From Chloroflexia bacterium (GTDB taxonomy: Bacteria > Chloroflexota > Chloroflexia > Thermomicrobiales > CFX8): a stretch of DNA of 33,241 nt. Position numbers and translations under genes: made by a program. Positions 8,868 through 16,665 of this stretch are shown piece after piece. Under the pieces are notes generated by a model. It did not search any database, was not told where the DNA came from, and saw only the letters and a list, made by a program, of their open reading frames with translations. Location of the stretch: NCBI GenBank assembly GCA_013696045.1, contig JACCZH010000247.1, forward strand, positions 1 through 33,241, in the 5' to 3' direction. The stretch's first letter is position 1, and every line of letters begins with the position of its first letter.

Positions 8868-9824
8868 TTACAGAATGAAATCGGCAAGGTCGTCATCATC
8901 ACCATCAACCGTTATCCGGGCAGCTACATACCCGGCGTCAATCATCACGTCCGTCTGCGCCGCGCCGGCGGGATCAAATAGCAGCTCGTCCAGCACCCCT
9001 TCGATAACCATGGCCAACCGGCGCGCGCCAATGTCTTCCGACTTGCGGTTCTGCTCTCCGGCTTCGAAGGCAATGGCCTCCAGTCCTTCTGGAGCGAAAT
9101 GCAGCGTTAGCCCCTCGGACGCCATGAGGGCAATATAGTGCTGAACTGGAGACGACATTCCATTCGAGAGGATATGCAGCAGGTCGTCATCAGTCAGGTT
9201 GTCGAGCTCGATCCGGCGCGGAAAGAGCGCCTGCAAGTCGGGCCACTGGTCGGCCAACCGGCTAGCCGGAGTCTGGCTGGCGGCGACGATGAGTACATTG
9301 GCTGTTGGGATCTCGCCGTGGCGAGTGTGGACCGCCGGAGCGCTTAACAGGCGGTAAAACGCTTGCTGTGCAGCTTCCAACCGTTCGTCACGATTATCTT
9401 CGGAAAGGCCAGATGGAAAGAGGCGGTCGATGTCGTCGATGGAGATAATGGCGGACATACGGACGTTGGCGACTGCCGTCTCCTGGGACGCAACCCGTGG
9501 TCGAACGCTTTCGATGAGCGACTCGAGAAGCTCCCCGGCAGCCTTCTCTTGCGCGCCCGGTCCGGCGAGCCTCAGAGCGCTGACGTGCGCGTACGGTGCG
9601 TCGATGGCTTGCGCGGCGCGGCGGACGAGCGCGCTCTTCCCGGCACCCCTCGGTCCGGTTAGCAGATACCGGTGGCCAGCGATGTCTTCCTCTGAGCATA
9701 GCCGAGCCTGCTGGCTCCTCCAGCGGTTGCGGATAGCGACCGCAAGGTCACGCTTGGCGCGTTCCTGACCGATAATCGAGCAATCTAGTTCTTTGACAAG
9801 CTCCCGTGGTGTTAATGCCTTCAT
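8868..9824 (-). CDS. hslU: HslU-like AAA+ protein, short degenerate form (318 aa, no I-domain)
   Basis: N-terminus LTPRELVKELDCSIIGQERAKRDLAVAIRNRWR matches the HslU signature. Walker A GPRGAGKS, sensor-2 region EDIGARRLAMVIEGVL, C-terminal docking tail ..DLADFIL. ATG 9824 overlaps the hslV stop (ATGA). See the findings for the missing motifs. Confidence 0.8.
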   Translation of the reverse strand: MKALTPRELVKELDCSIIGQERAKRDLAVAIRNRWRSQQARLCSEEDIAGHRYLLTGPRGAGKSALVRRAAQAIDAPYAHVSALRLAGPGAQEKAAGELLESLIESVRPRVASQETAVANVRMSAIISIDDIDRLFPSGLSEDNRDERLEAAQQAFYRLLSAPAVHTRHGEIPTANVLIVAASQTPASRLADQWPDLQALFPRRIELDNLTDDDLLHILSNGMSSPVQHYIALMASEGLTLHFAPEGLEAIAFEAGEQNRKSEDIGARRLAMVIEGVLDELLFDPAGAAQTDVMIDAGYVAARITVDGDDDDLADFIL

Positions 9825-10555
9825 TCTTCGACACCGCCTTTGGTGTCATTATCGTTTGGAAGGGAGAAGATGGTGATGTGCTCGTTGGTGAAGATGCAGA
9901 GCTCGCTCGAGATGCGCATGGCTTCCTTGACGATCTCGATTGGTGTCATCGTCGTGTGGCCAGCCAGGGCGCGCGCGGCGGCAGTTGCGTAAGGTGAGCC
10001 TGAGCCGATGGATGCGATACCGTCGTCGGGTTGCAGCACATCACCCTCGCCGGAAAGGATCAAGATGTCATGCTCGTTGGCGACGATCAGCTGGGCTTCC
10101 AGCCGGCGCAGCTCGCGGTCGATACGCCACTCCTTGGCGAGCTCGACAGCGGCTTTGCGTAGATCGCCCTTCCAGGTGACGAGCTGAGCTTCAAATTTCT
10201 CAAACAAAGTGAGCGCGTCGGCGGCTGCTCCCGCAAAACCAGCCAGCACCTGGCCCTCGTGCAGCACGCGAATCTTGCGCGCGCCGTGCTTGACGACCAT
10301 GTCTCCAAAGGTCACTTGCCCGTCGGCTGCGATGGCGACCTTGCCGTCGCGGCACACGCCGAGCACCGTTGTAGCGTGCCAGCGAGCGTCAGCGAGATGC
10401 GGTGTTGATCTGGAGTGGATGATGGCGCCGTCTCCTGTGTGAAGGTCGATGTGGGCAAAAACATACCCGGCCGGCGCATCGCGCCAACCGGGAAGTGTAC
10501 CAACTTTGATTGTCATCCCGAGGCACGAGGGATGACGGGTTGTCCTGGCAATCAC
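9821..10555 (-). CDS. hslV: HslV (ClpQ) peptidase subunit with an anomalous N-terminal extension
   Basis: TTVLGVCRDGKVAIAADGQVTFGDMVVKHGARKIRVL..AGFAGAAADALTLFEKFE..IGSGSPYA aligns over the full length with HslV. The Thr1, Lys33 and GSG equivalents are present. The start is unresolved: GTG 10555 or ATG 10516, with no canonical start nearer to the catalytic Thr at 10372. Confidence 0.85.
   Translation of the reverse strand: MIARTTRHPSCLGMTIKVGTLPGWRDAPAGYVFAHIDLHTGDGAIIHSRSTPHLADARWHATTVLGVCRDGKVAIAADGQVTFGDMVVKHGARKIRVLHEGQVLAGFAGAAADALTLFEKFEAQLVTWKGDLRKAAVELAKEWRIDRELRRLEAQLIVANEHDILILSGEGDVLQPDDGIASIGSGSPYATAAARALAGHTTMTPIEIVKEAMRISSELCIFTNEHITIFSLPNDNDTKGGVEE
10512..10536. repeat. Hairpin repeat, copy 3 (perfect 8-bp stem, conserved 9-nt loop)
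   Basis: GTCATCCC-GAGGCACGA-GGGATGAC, 20 nt downstream of the topA stop. Matches the reverse complement of the 14063-14090 element at 20 of 25 positions. Confidence 0.7.
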
Positions 10556-12874
10556 CTACGCTGCAGGGACAGGCTCCGCCACTGCTTCGTCGGCGGTATA
10601 CGCTTCACGATGTTTGCAGCTGATGCATTGCACCTGGTCTCCCGCGCGGTTGGCGATCGCCATAACTCCACCGCATTCCGGGCACTTCTTGGCCACCGGC
10701 TTCGCCCAGGAGACGAAATCGCAATCGGGATAGCGGCTGCACCCGTAGAAGACGCGGCCCTTCTTCGAGCGGCGCTCCACGACCTCGCCCTCGCCACACG
10801 TCGGACAGGGAATACCCACCTTGGTGAGCAACGGTTTGGCGTTGCGGCACTCCGGGAAGCCGGTGCAGGCCAGGAAACGTCCATAACGGCCGAGCTTGAT
10901 GACCATGGGCCGTTCACATAGCTCGCAGACCTCGTCGGTCGGCTCGTCACGAATCTGTACCCGTTCCATGGTCTGCTCGGCGCGTGCGATCGTCGCCGAG
11001 AACGGGGTATAGAACTCGCGGATGACCGGAATCCACTCCCGGTCTCCCGAAGCGATCTCGTCCAGCTCTTCCTCCATATTGGAGGTGAAGGCTGTGTCGA
11101 CGATGGATGGGAAGTGCTCGACCAGGATGTCGTTGATGACAAAGCCCAGCTCGGTCGGCAGCAGGCGGCGCTGTTCGTTCGAGACATAGTTACGGGCCAC
11201 CAGCGTGGCGATGGTCGGCGCGTAGGTGCTCGGCCGGCCAATACCGTTTTCTTCCAGGCTCTTTACCAGCGTCGCCTCACTGAAGCGTGGCGGCGGCTGG
11301 GTAAAGTGTTGTTCGGGCAGAAGCTGAACCAGATTAAGCCCCTCGCCTTTTACGAGCAACGGCAGCTCGTCGCGGTCCATCTCGTCAACCTCGTCATCAT
11401 CGCGCCCTTCGCGGTAGACGGCGATAAAGCCACGAAATTTCATGACCGAGCCCGTGGAGCGGAAGAGATACGGTTTACTGCCGGTCTCTGGACCAGCTTC
11501 GATGTCCACCGAGGTGCTGTCAAAGATCGCGTTCCGCATCTGGCTGGCGATAAAGCGCTGCCAGATCAAGCGATACAGCCGTAGCTGCGGCTGGCTGAGG
11601 TACGCCTTCAGGCTATCCGGATGCCGCCGCGGGTCAGACGGGCGGATGGCCTCGTGGGCCTCTTGCGCGCCTTTGGACTTGCGACGATACACCGGAGACT
11701 TCTCCGGCACGTACTCCGGACCGTAGGTCGCGGCGATTGTGTCCCGAGCCTGCCCTTGGGCCAGAGCCGAGACATTGGTCGAGTCGGTTCGCATATAGGT
11801 GATCAGACCCTGGCTGCCCTCCGCGCCGAGCTCAACGCCCTCATAGAGCTGCTGGGCGAGCTGCATGGTCCGGCGCACCTGAAAGTTCAGCTTGCGCGAC
11901 GCTTCCTGCTGCAAGGTGTTGGTAATGAACGGAGCGGCGGGGCGGCGTTGCGTTTCGCGCGTCCGCACCTCGGAAACCACATAGGTTGCGCCTTCGAGAT
12001 TATTCTGGACAAGCTGGGTGGTTTCTTCGTCCGGCAACTCTGCCGCCGCGCCTTCGATACGGTGCAGCCGTGAGAGGAATCCTTGCTTCTTCTTGCCGTT
12101 GGTCGCGCCCTGCTTGTTCAGCTCGGCGTCGAGGGTCCAGTATTCGCGGGTGACGAAATCCAGGATCTCGCGCTCGCGCTCGACGATCAGCCGCAGCGCA
12201 ATAGATTGCACCCGGCCGGCCGAAAGTCCGCGCTTGACCTTTTTCCAGAGCAGCGGCGAGATCGAATAGCCCACCAGCCGGTCAAGAACACGGCGGGCCT
12301 GCTGCGCATCGACAAGGCGCATGTCAATCTGGCGCGGATGTTCCATGGCCGCTTTCACGGCGTCCGGCGTGACCTCATGGAAGACAACCCGGCTGACCGT
12401 CTTCTCGCCAGTGGGATCGGTTGCGGCGATGAGATGCCAGGCAATGGCTTCGCCCTCACGATCAGGGTCTGTCGCGAGAATGATCTCGCGGGCGCCCTGC
12501 ACCTTTTCTTTGAGGTCATTGACCGTCTTGCGCTTATCGCGCGGAATCAAGTATTTCGGCGCAAAATCACCGTCAACCTCAATACCCATCGTGCTCTTGG
12601 GCAGATCACGGACGTGACCCATCGAGGCGGCCACAGAGTAGCCCCGTCCAAGATAGCGTTCGAGCGTGCGCGCCTTGGCGGGTGACTCGACGATAACCAG
12701 TTTCCCGCTGGGGGCACGAGTCTTGGCCGCGCTCTTCTTGCGCGTGGTGGTCCCCTTTTTGGCCGTCGCCTTCTTGGTTGTGGCTCTCTTTGCTGGAGCC
12801 TTTTTGGTTGCTACAGCATCAATTCTATTCGATTCCGGAGTTTCCGAATTCACCATATAGTATGTGCTACTCAC
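10556..12874 (-). CDS. topA: DNA topoisomerase I
   Basis: TOPRIM start KLVIVESPAKARTLERYLG, catalytic Tyr region GLITYMRTDS, and three C-terminal C4 zinc ribbons (CELC..C..C, CPTC..C..C, CPEC..C..C). Start is GTG 12874 or ATG 12856. Confidence 0.95.
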   Translation of the reverse strand: MSSTYYMVNSETPESNRIDAVATKKAPAKRATTKKATAKKGTTTRKKSAAKTRAPSGKLVIVESPAKARTLERYLGRGYSVAASMGHVRDLPKSTMGIEVDGDFAPKYLIPRDKRKTVNDLKEKVQGAREIILATDPDREGEAIAWHLIAATDPTGEKTVSRVVFHEVTPDAVKAAMEHPRQIDMRLVDAQQARRVLDRLVGYSISPLLWKKVKRGLSAGRVQSIALRLIVEREREILDFVTREYWTLDAELNKQGATNGKKKQGFLSRLHRIEGAAAELPDEETTQLVQNNLEGATYVVSEVRTRETQRRPAAPFITNTLQQEASRKLNFQVRRTMQLAQQLYEGVELGAEGSQGLITYMRTDSTNVSALAQGQARDTIAATYGPEYVPEKSPVYRRKSKGAQEAHEAIRPSDPRRHPDSLKAYLSQPQLRLYRLIWQRFIASQMRNAIFDSTSVDIEAGPETGSKPYLFRSTGSVMKFRGFIAVYREGRDDDEVDEMDRDELPLLVKGEGLNLVQLLPEQHFTQPPPRFSEATLVKSLEENGIGRPSTYAPTIATLVARNYVSNEQRRLLPTELGFVINDILVEHFPSIVDTAFTSNMEEELDEIASGDREWIPVIREFYTPFSATIARAEQTMERVQIRDEPTDEVCELCERPMVIKLGRYGRFLACTGFPECRNAKPLLTKVGIPCPTCGEGEVVERRSKKGRVFYGCSRYPDCDFVSWAKPVAKKCPECGGVMAIANRAGDQVQCISCKHREAYTADEAVAEPVPAA

Positions 12875-12921
12875 TACTGAAAAGCGGCGGAGATTACGTT
12901 CTTATCGTTGGGCTTCTACCA

Positions 12922-14013
12922 CTATATCAATTCTGTCGAACCGCGTTGCTTGAGCAGATCAACGATTGACTTGACCTGTTGGGCGTGTGAACGATTGCAA
13001 ACCAGCAACGCGTCATCGGTGTCAACGACGACGATATCATCCAGCCCGACAACTGCGATCGGCCGGCCGTTGCCGAAAATAACGAGATTCCTGGCGTCTG
13101 TGGCGAGAAGGTGCGTATCTATTACAACATTCTCACTGCCGTTAGCATTCCCGTTCTGGATGATCTTGCCGACCCCATGCCAGTCACCCAGGTCACTCCA
13201 GCCGAACGAACCAGGAACCACTGCAACATGATTTGAGCGTTCCAGGATACCGTGATCGATGGTCACGTCTTCGATCGTTGGCCAGATTTCCGCGAGCGTT
13301 TGCTCGCGCCGGGGAGTGTCCCAGTCGTCAACAATGGTGGTGAGGGCGGTTGCAACGTCTGGCAACAGCCGGCGCATCTCATGCATGAAGAAGCTGGCCT
13401 TCCAGACGAACATGCTGGCATTCCAGAGATATTGCCCGCTGGCTACGTAGCGCTCGGCGGTGGCCAGATCCGGCTTCTCTTTGAACTCTTCCACGCGTGA
13501 TGAGGTGATGTTGTAATAGCAACCGAGCTCGTCTCCCGCGCAGATATAACCATAGCCGGTTTCGGCGAAGGTAGGTTGAATACCGATAGTGACCAGGTAG
13601 TCCTGTTCGGCAACTTCAATCGCGGCTCGGACGGTGTCAACAAATGCGTCTGGACGCTCAACATAATGATCGGCAGCAAAAGAGCCGACGATTGCATCCG
13701 GATCGCGGCGTTCGGCGAGGGCTACTCCGAGTCCGATCGCGGGACCGGTGCCGCGCGCCATTGGCTCGATGACGATCTGATCCTCTTCAAGTGCTGGAAG
13801 TTGCCGGGCTATTGATGTTGCGTGGGCAACCCCGGTGATAACGAACATGTTGGTGTCACTACACACCGGGGAAAGCCGGTGAAGCGTCTCCTGGATCATG
13901 GTGCGCGGACCCGGTAACGGCAGCAGGAACTTGGGCCGGCGGGACCGGCTCAACGGCCAGAGCCGGGTACCGCTGCCCCCCGCGGGCACAATTGCATAGA
14001 ACGGTCTTGTCAT
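12922..14013 (-). CDS. manC: Mannose-1-phosphate guanylyltransferase (NTP-transferase domain only)
   Basis: AIVPAGGSGTRLWPLSRSRRPKFLL, GTGPAIGLG, YLWNASMFVW and GWSDLGDW motifs. At 363 aa there is no C-terminal cupin/PMI domain. Confidence 0.85.
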   Translation of the reverse strand: MTRPFYAIVPAGGSGTRLWPLSRSRRPKFLLPLPGPRTMIQETLHRLSPVCSDTNMFVITGVAHATSIARQLPALEEDQIVIEPMARGTGPAIGLGVALAERRDPDAIVGSFAADHYVERPDAFVDTVRAAIEVAEQDYLVTIGIQPTFAETGYGYICAGDELGCYYNITSSRVEEFKEKPDLATAERYVASGQYLWNASMFVWKASFFMHEMRRLLPDVATALTTIVDDWDTPRREQTLAEIWPTIEDVTIDHGILERSNHVAVVPGSFGWSDLGDWHGVGKIIQNGNANGSENVVIDTHLLATDARNLVIFGNGRPIAVVGLDDIVVVDTDDALLVCNRSHAQQVKSIVDLLKQRGSTELI

Positions 14014-14062
14014 TGGTTGCCCCCAGTTATGGTTCGGCCCGATTCACAAGGTACAGCTAATC

Positions 14063-14090
14063 AGAGATCCTTCGTTCCTCAGGATGACTG
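14063..14090. repeat. Hairpin repeat, copy 1
   Basis: AGAGATCCTTCGTTCCTCAGGATGACTG in the dprA-manC spacer. Matches 18868-18895 at 27 of 28 positions. ATCCT/AGGAT stem around the loop TCGTTCCTC. Confidence 0.8.
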
Positions 14091-14119
14091 ATGAAGGCCT
14101 TTGGTCTGCCGCGTCATCC

Positions 14120-15205
14120 CTATGCCCGAACGTAGTGCTGCGCGCCAGATTGGCGGATTAAGCCCTTCAACTCCATTGTCAGTAGTGTGCCATTTGCCTC
14201 ATGGATGGGCATTCCAGTGTCCATGCTGAGCTCATTGACGTGGCGTGGCTCGGCGCCGATGATCGCCAGCAGCATCTTTTCGGCGTCGGTCTCGGGAAGA
14301 ACCATCCGGGATTGAACGGCGGACTGGCTGGCTGGCACATCCAACTCTTCAAGAATATGCTTGGCTGATGTAACGAGAGTGGCCCCCGCACGGATGAGTT
14401 CATGACAACCTTCGCTGACTTTGAAGAGCGCCGAGCCAGGCACCGCGTAGACCTCGCGGCCTTGGTCCAGTGCAAAATTCGTGGTGATCAGCGCGCCGCT
14501 ACGCCTGGGTGCTTCGACCACCAGGACTCCCCGCGACAGTCCACTGATAATGCGGTTGCGGGCGGGAAAATGCGGGCCATCCGGCGGCACGCCTAGCGGG
14601 TATTCGCTGATAAGAGCGCCCTGCTCAACGATCCGGGCGGCCAGTTTGCGATTCTGAGGTGGGTAAATGGTGTCCAGCCCGCAGCCGCAGATGGCCAAAG
14701 TCCTGCCTCCGGCGTTGAGTGCGGCATCGTGGGCGAAGGTGTCGATACCCCTCGCCAGGCCACTTACAATCGTCACCGCCGCGCCCGCCAGCTCGCCTGC
14801 GATCTGGCGGGTCATGTCCGCGCCATAGGTTGTCGAGCGCCGTGTGCCGACAACTCCGATCGCCAGATCGTCCAGTGGCTCGTAGCTTCCTTTCATATAC
14901 AGCACCGTTGGCGGCGCCGGAATATGCTTCAGCAAACGCGGATAATCCGGGTCGTCAACGCTAATGGCCTGAACGCCGTGAGTGACAAGCTTGTCAACTT
15001 CCCGGTTCAGGTCGATTCCACCGCGGCCATGCACGATACCGGAAACCAGGTCGGCTGAGAGGCCGGTCGCCCGTAGGGCGGATTCGGATGCCCGCCAGGC
15101 GTTCTCTGGCGAGCCGAAGTGCTCGACCAGTTGCCGGGTTCTGACTGGGCCAATATTGGGGATCAGCTGGAAGCCGATCCAGTAGCGCGGGTCCTCGCTC
15201 GGCAC
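14120..15205 (-). CDS. dprA: DNA-processing protein DprA (Smf)
   Basis: GLARGIDTFAHDAAL, LDTIYPPQNRKLA, SEYPLGVPP..HFPARNRIISGLS and VVEAPRRSGALITTNFALDQGREVYAVPG. GTG start at 15205. Confidence 0.92.
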   Translation of the reverse strand: MPSEDPRYWIGFQLIPNIGPVRTRQLVEHFGSPENAWRASESALRATGLSADLVSGIVHGRGGIDLNREVDKLVTHGVQAISVDDPDYPRLLKHIPAPPTVLYMKGSYEPLDDLAIGVVGTRRSTTYGADMTRQIAGELAGAAVTIVSGLARGIDTFAHDAALNAGGRTLAICGCGLDTIYPPQNRKLAARIVEQGALISEYPLGVPPDGPHFPARNRIISGLSRGVLVVEAPRRSGALITTNFALDQGREVYAVPGSALFKVSEGCHELIRAGATLVTSAKHILEELDVPASQSAVQSRMVLPETDAEKMLLAIIGAEPRHVNELSMDTGMPIHEANGTLLTMELKGLIRQSGAQHYVRA

Positions 15206-15278
15206 AGGCGTTGGTGTCCTTTCAATAATGACGCGGAAGTTATACGGACTCCAGGAGCGCTTTGCAACGCCCGCTCCA

Positions 15279-15287
15279 TGCTAGAAT
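15279..15287 (+). promoter_or_regulatory. Extended -10 promoter candidate for ilvE
   Basis: TGcTAGAAT lies 57 nt upstream of GTG 15344. No good -35 element at a 17-nt spacing. Confidence 0.35.
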
Positions 15288-15343
15288 CGCCCACCAGTGG
15301 CGGGAAGCGCGCGCCGGAGCAGGAAAGTGAGGGAGCATAGTCT

Positions 15344-16276
15344 GTGAAAATCGACCTTTTGCCGTATGCCTATTTCCAGGGAAACATCGTGCCGCAGGAC
15401 GAAGCGAAAGTCAGCATCGCGACACATGCTCTCCAGTATGGCACGGGCGCATTTGCGGGCATTCGTGGCTATCAGGACGCGAGCGGCGAGACGATCAACA
15501 TTTTTCGTTTGCCCGAGCATAGCCGCCGTTTGATGAGCAGTGCCCGGCTGCTGCGCTGCGAGCTCGATCTCGACCCAGACGGATTCGCTGACGTTGTTCG
15601 GGAACTTGTTCTCAAGAACAACCCGCAGTCAGATGTGTATATTCGGCCGTTCGTCTACAAGTCGGGTATTGAGCTCACGCCACGGTTAAAGGGCATTGAA
15701 GACGACCTGGCGATCTATATGATCCCGCTTGGCGACTACCTGGCCATGGACCGTCCATTGAAGCTGATGGTTTCATCCTGGGTACGCAGCACGGACAACA
15801 CCATTCCAAGCCGAGGCAAGATCAGCGGCTCATACATCAACTCGGCGTTCGCCAAAGATCAGGCTGAAGAGGCTGGCTGCGATGACGCGTTGATGCTTAA
15901 CGCTCGCGGGAAGATCGCCGAGGCCAGCGCCGCCAACCTCTATATTGTTCGCAACGGCACGATGATCACTTCACCAATAACAGGCGATATTCTTGAAGGC
16001 ATCACCCGCATGTCGGTCATTCAATATGCCGGGGATCTCGGCATTCCCGTGGAAGTGCGCGAGATCGACCGTTCCGAGCTGTATATCGCCGACGAGGCGT
16101 TCCTGTGCGGCACCGGCGCTCAGGTGGCAGTCATCGGCACTGTCGACGGCCGGCCGGTTGGGACCGGACAGCGCGGCCCGGTCACGGAGCAGATTCAGGA
16201 AATCTTCTTCAGCGTCGTGCGCGGTCAGAACGCGCAATACGAGAATCTCTTGACGAGGATTCCGGTGCATGGTTAA
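15344..16276 (+). CDS. ilvE: Branched-chain amino acid aminotransferase (class IV)
   Basis: Fold-type IV pattern: ..GTGAFAGIRGY.., YIRPFVY, GKISGSYINSAFAK, EASAANLYIV, LEGITR. GTG start with GAGGGAG upstream. Confidence 0.9.
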   Translation: MKIDLLPYAYFQGNIVPQDEAKVSIATHALQYGTGAFAGIRGYQDASGETINIFRLPEHSRRLMSSARLLRCELDLDPDGFADVVRELVLKNNPQSDVYIRPFVYKSGIELTPRLKGIEDDLAIYMIPLGDYLAMDRPLKLMVSSWVRSTDNTIPSRGKISGSYINSAFAKDQAEEAGCDDALMLNARGKIAEASAANLYIVRNGTMITSPITGDILEGITRMSVIQYAGDLGIPVEVREIDRSELYIADEAFLCGTGAQVAVIGTVDGRPVGTGQRGPVTEQIQEIFFSVVRGQNAQYENLLTRIPVHG

Positions 16277-16458
16277 TGGGTCGTGCCGCTCGTAATAGGC
16301 GTGCACGGTAATCTGGAGAGAGCAAAATCGTTGCCGCTGGTAGATTCCTATGCTATCGTCCAATTGTCCGTGTCCAGGCATGGAGTGGTGTGCTAAAACG
16401 GAGTGCATGCAGCGCCGATGACGGCGACCGGGGTTGGTGGCCTGTCAAGTCTTTTGCG

Positions 16459-16467
16459 TGCTATACT
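16459..16467 (+). promoter_or_regulatory. Extended -10 promoter candidate ahead of the orphan ATPase pair
   Basis: TGcTATACT lies about 200 nt upstream of ATG 16666, inside a 389-nt non-coding gap. Confidence 0.3.
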
Positions 16468-16665
16468 CGCGCCCACTACCGACAGTAAGGAATGCGGACC
16501 ATAGCCTTGACTGGACCGCCGCAAAAATGCAAGCCCGGAGCGACAGGCGCAGGGTTGTAAGGCGCAGAGTGGGGACGAACACACGCGGAGGTTGTCAGCC
16601 GGCAACGGTCGGTTTGACGAGGGAATAGTGGCCGGGTCTAAACACCGGGAGTCGAAGGAGTAGCC

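Noticed and set aside
10553-10558. Programmed TAG read-through producing a TopA-HslV fusion (TAG GTG in the same frame)
   Set aside because: Frame coincidence has a one-in-three prior. There is no recognisable read-through context or structure apart from the hairpin repeat. It is kept only as a note under the hslV finding.
10552-11241. 229-aa ORF overlapping the topA 3' region in another frame. Similar overlapping ORFs: 624..1481, 7188..7850, 7261..7968, 17547..18377, 18884..19660, 20375..21136
   Set aside because: All are out of frame or antisense to genes with strong family signatures, have Arg/Pro/Ser-biased composition and lack an RBS. They are shadow ORFs.
12886-12912. Possible fourth copy of the hairpin repeat (GAGATTACGTTCTTATCGTTGGG)
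   Set aside because: Only GAGAT and CGTTC align. There are no complementary arms and the loop is not conserved.
16277-16665. Partial similarities to known riboswitches: CTGGAGAG (glycine-like), GACTGG..CCCGGAGCGAC (ZTP- or ykkC-like fragments), GGGGACGAAC (ydaO-like)
   Set aside because: Each match covers only one short block. The partner helices and other conserved blocks of those classes are absent, so no known class can be assigned by eye.
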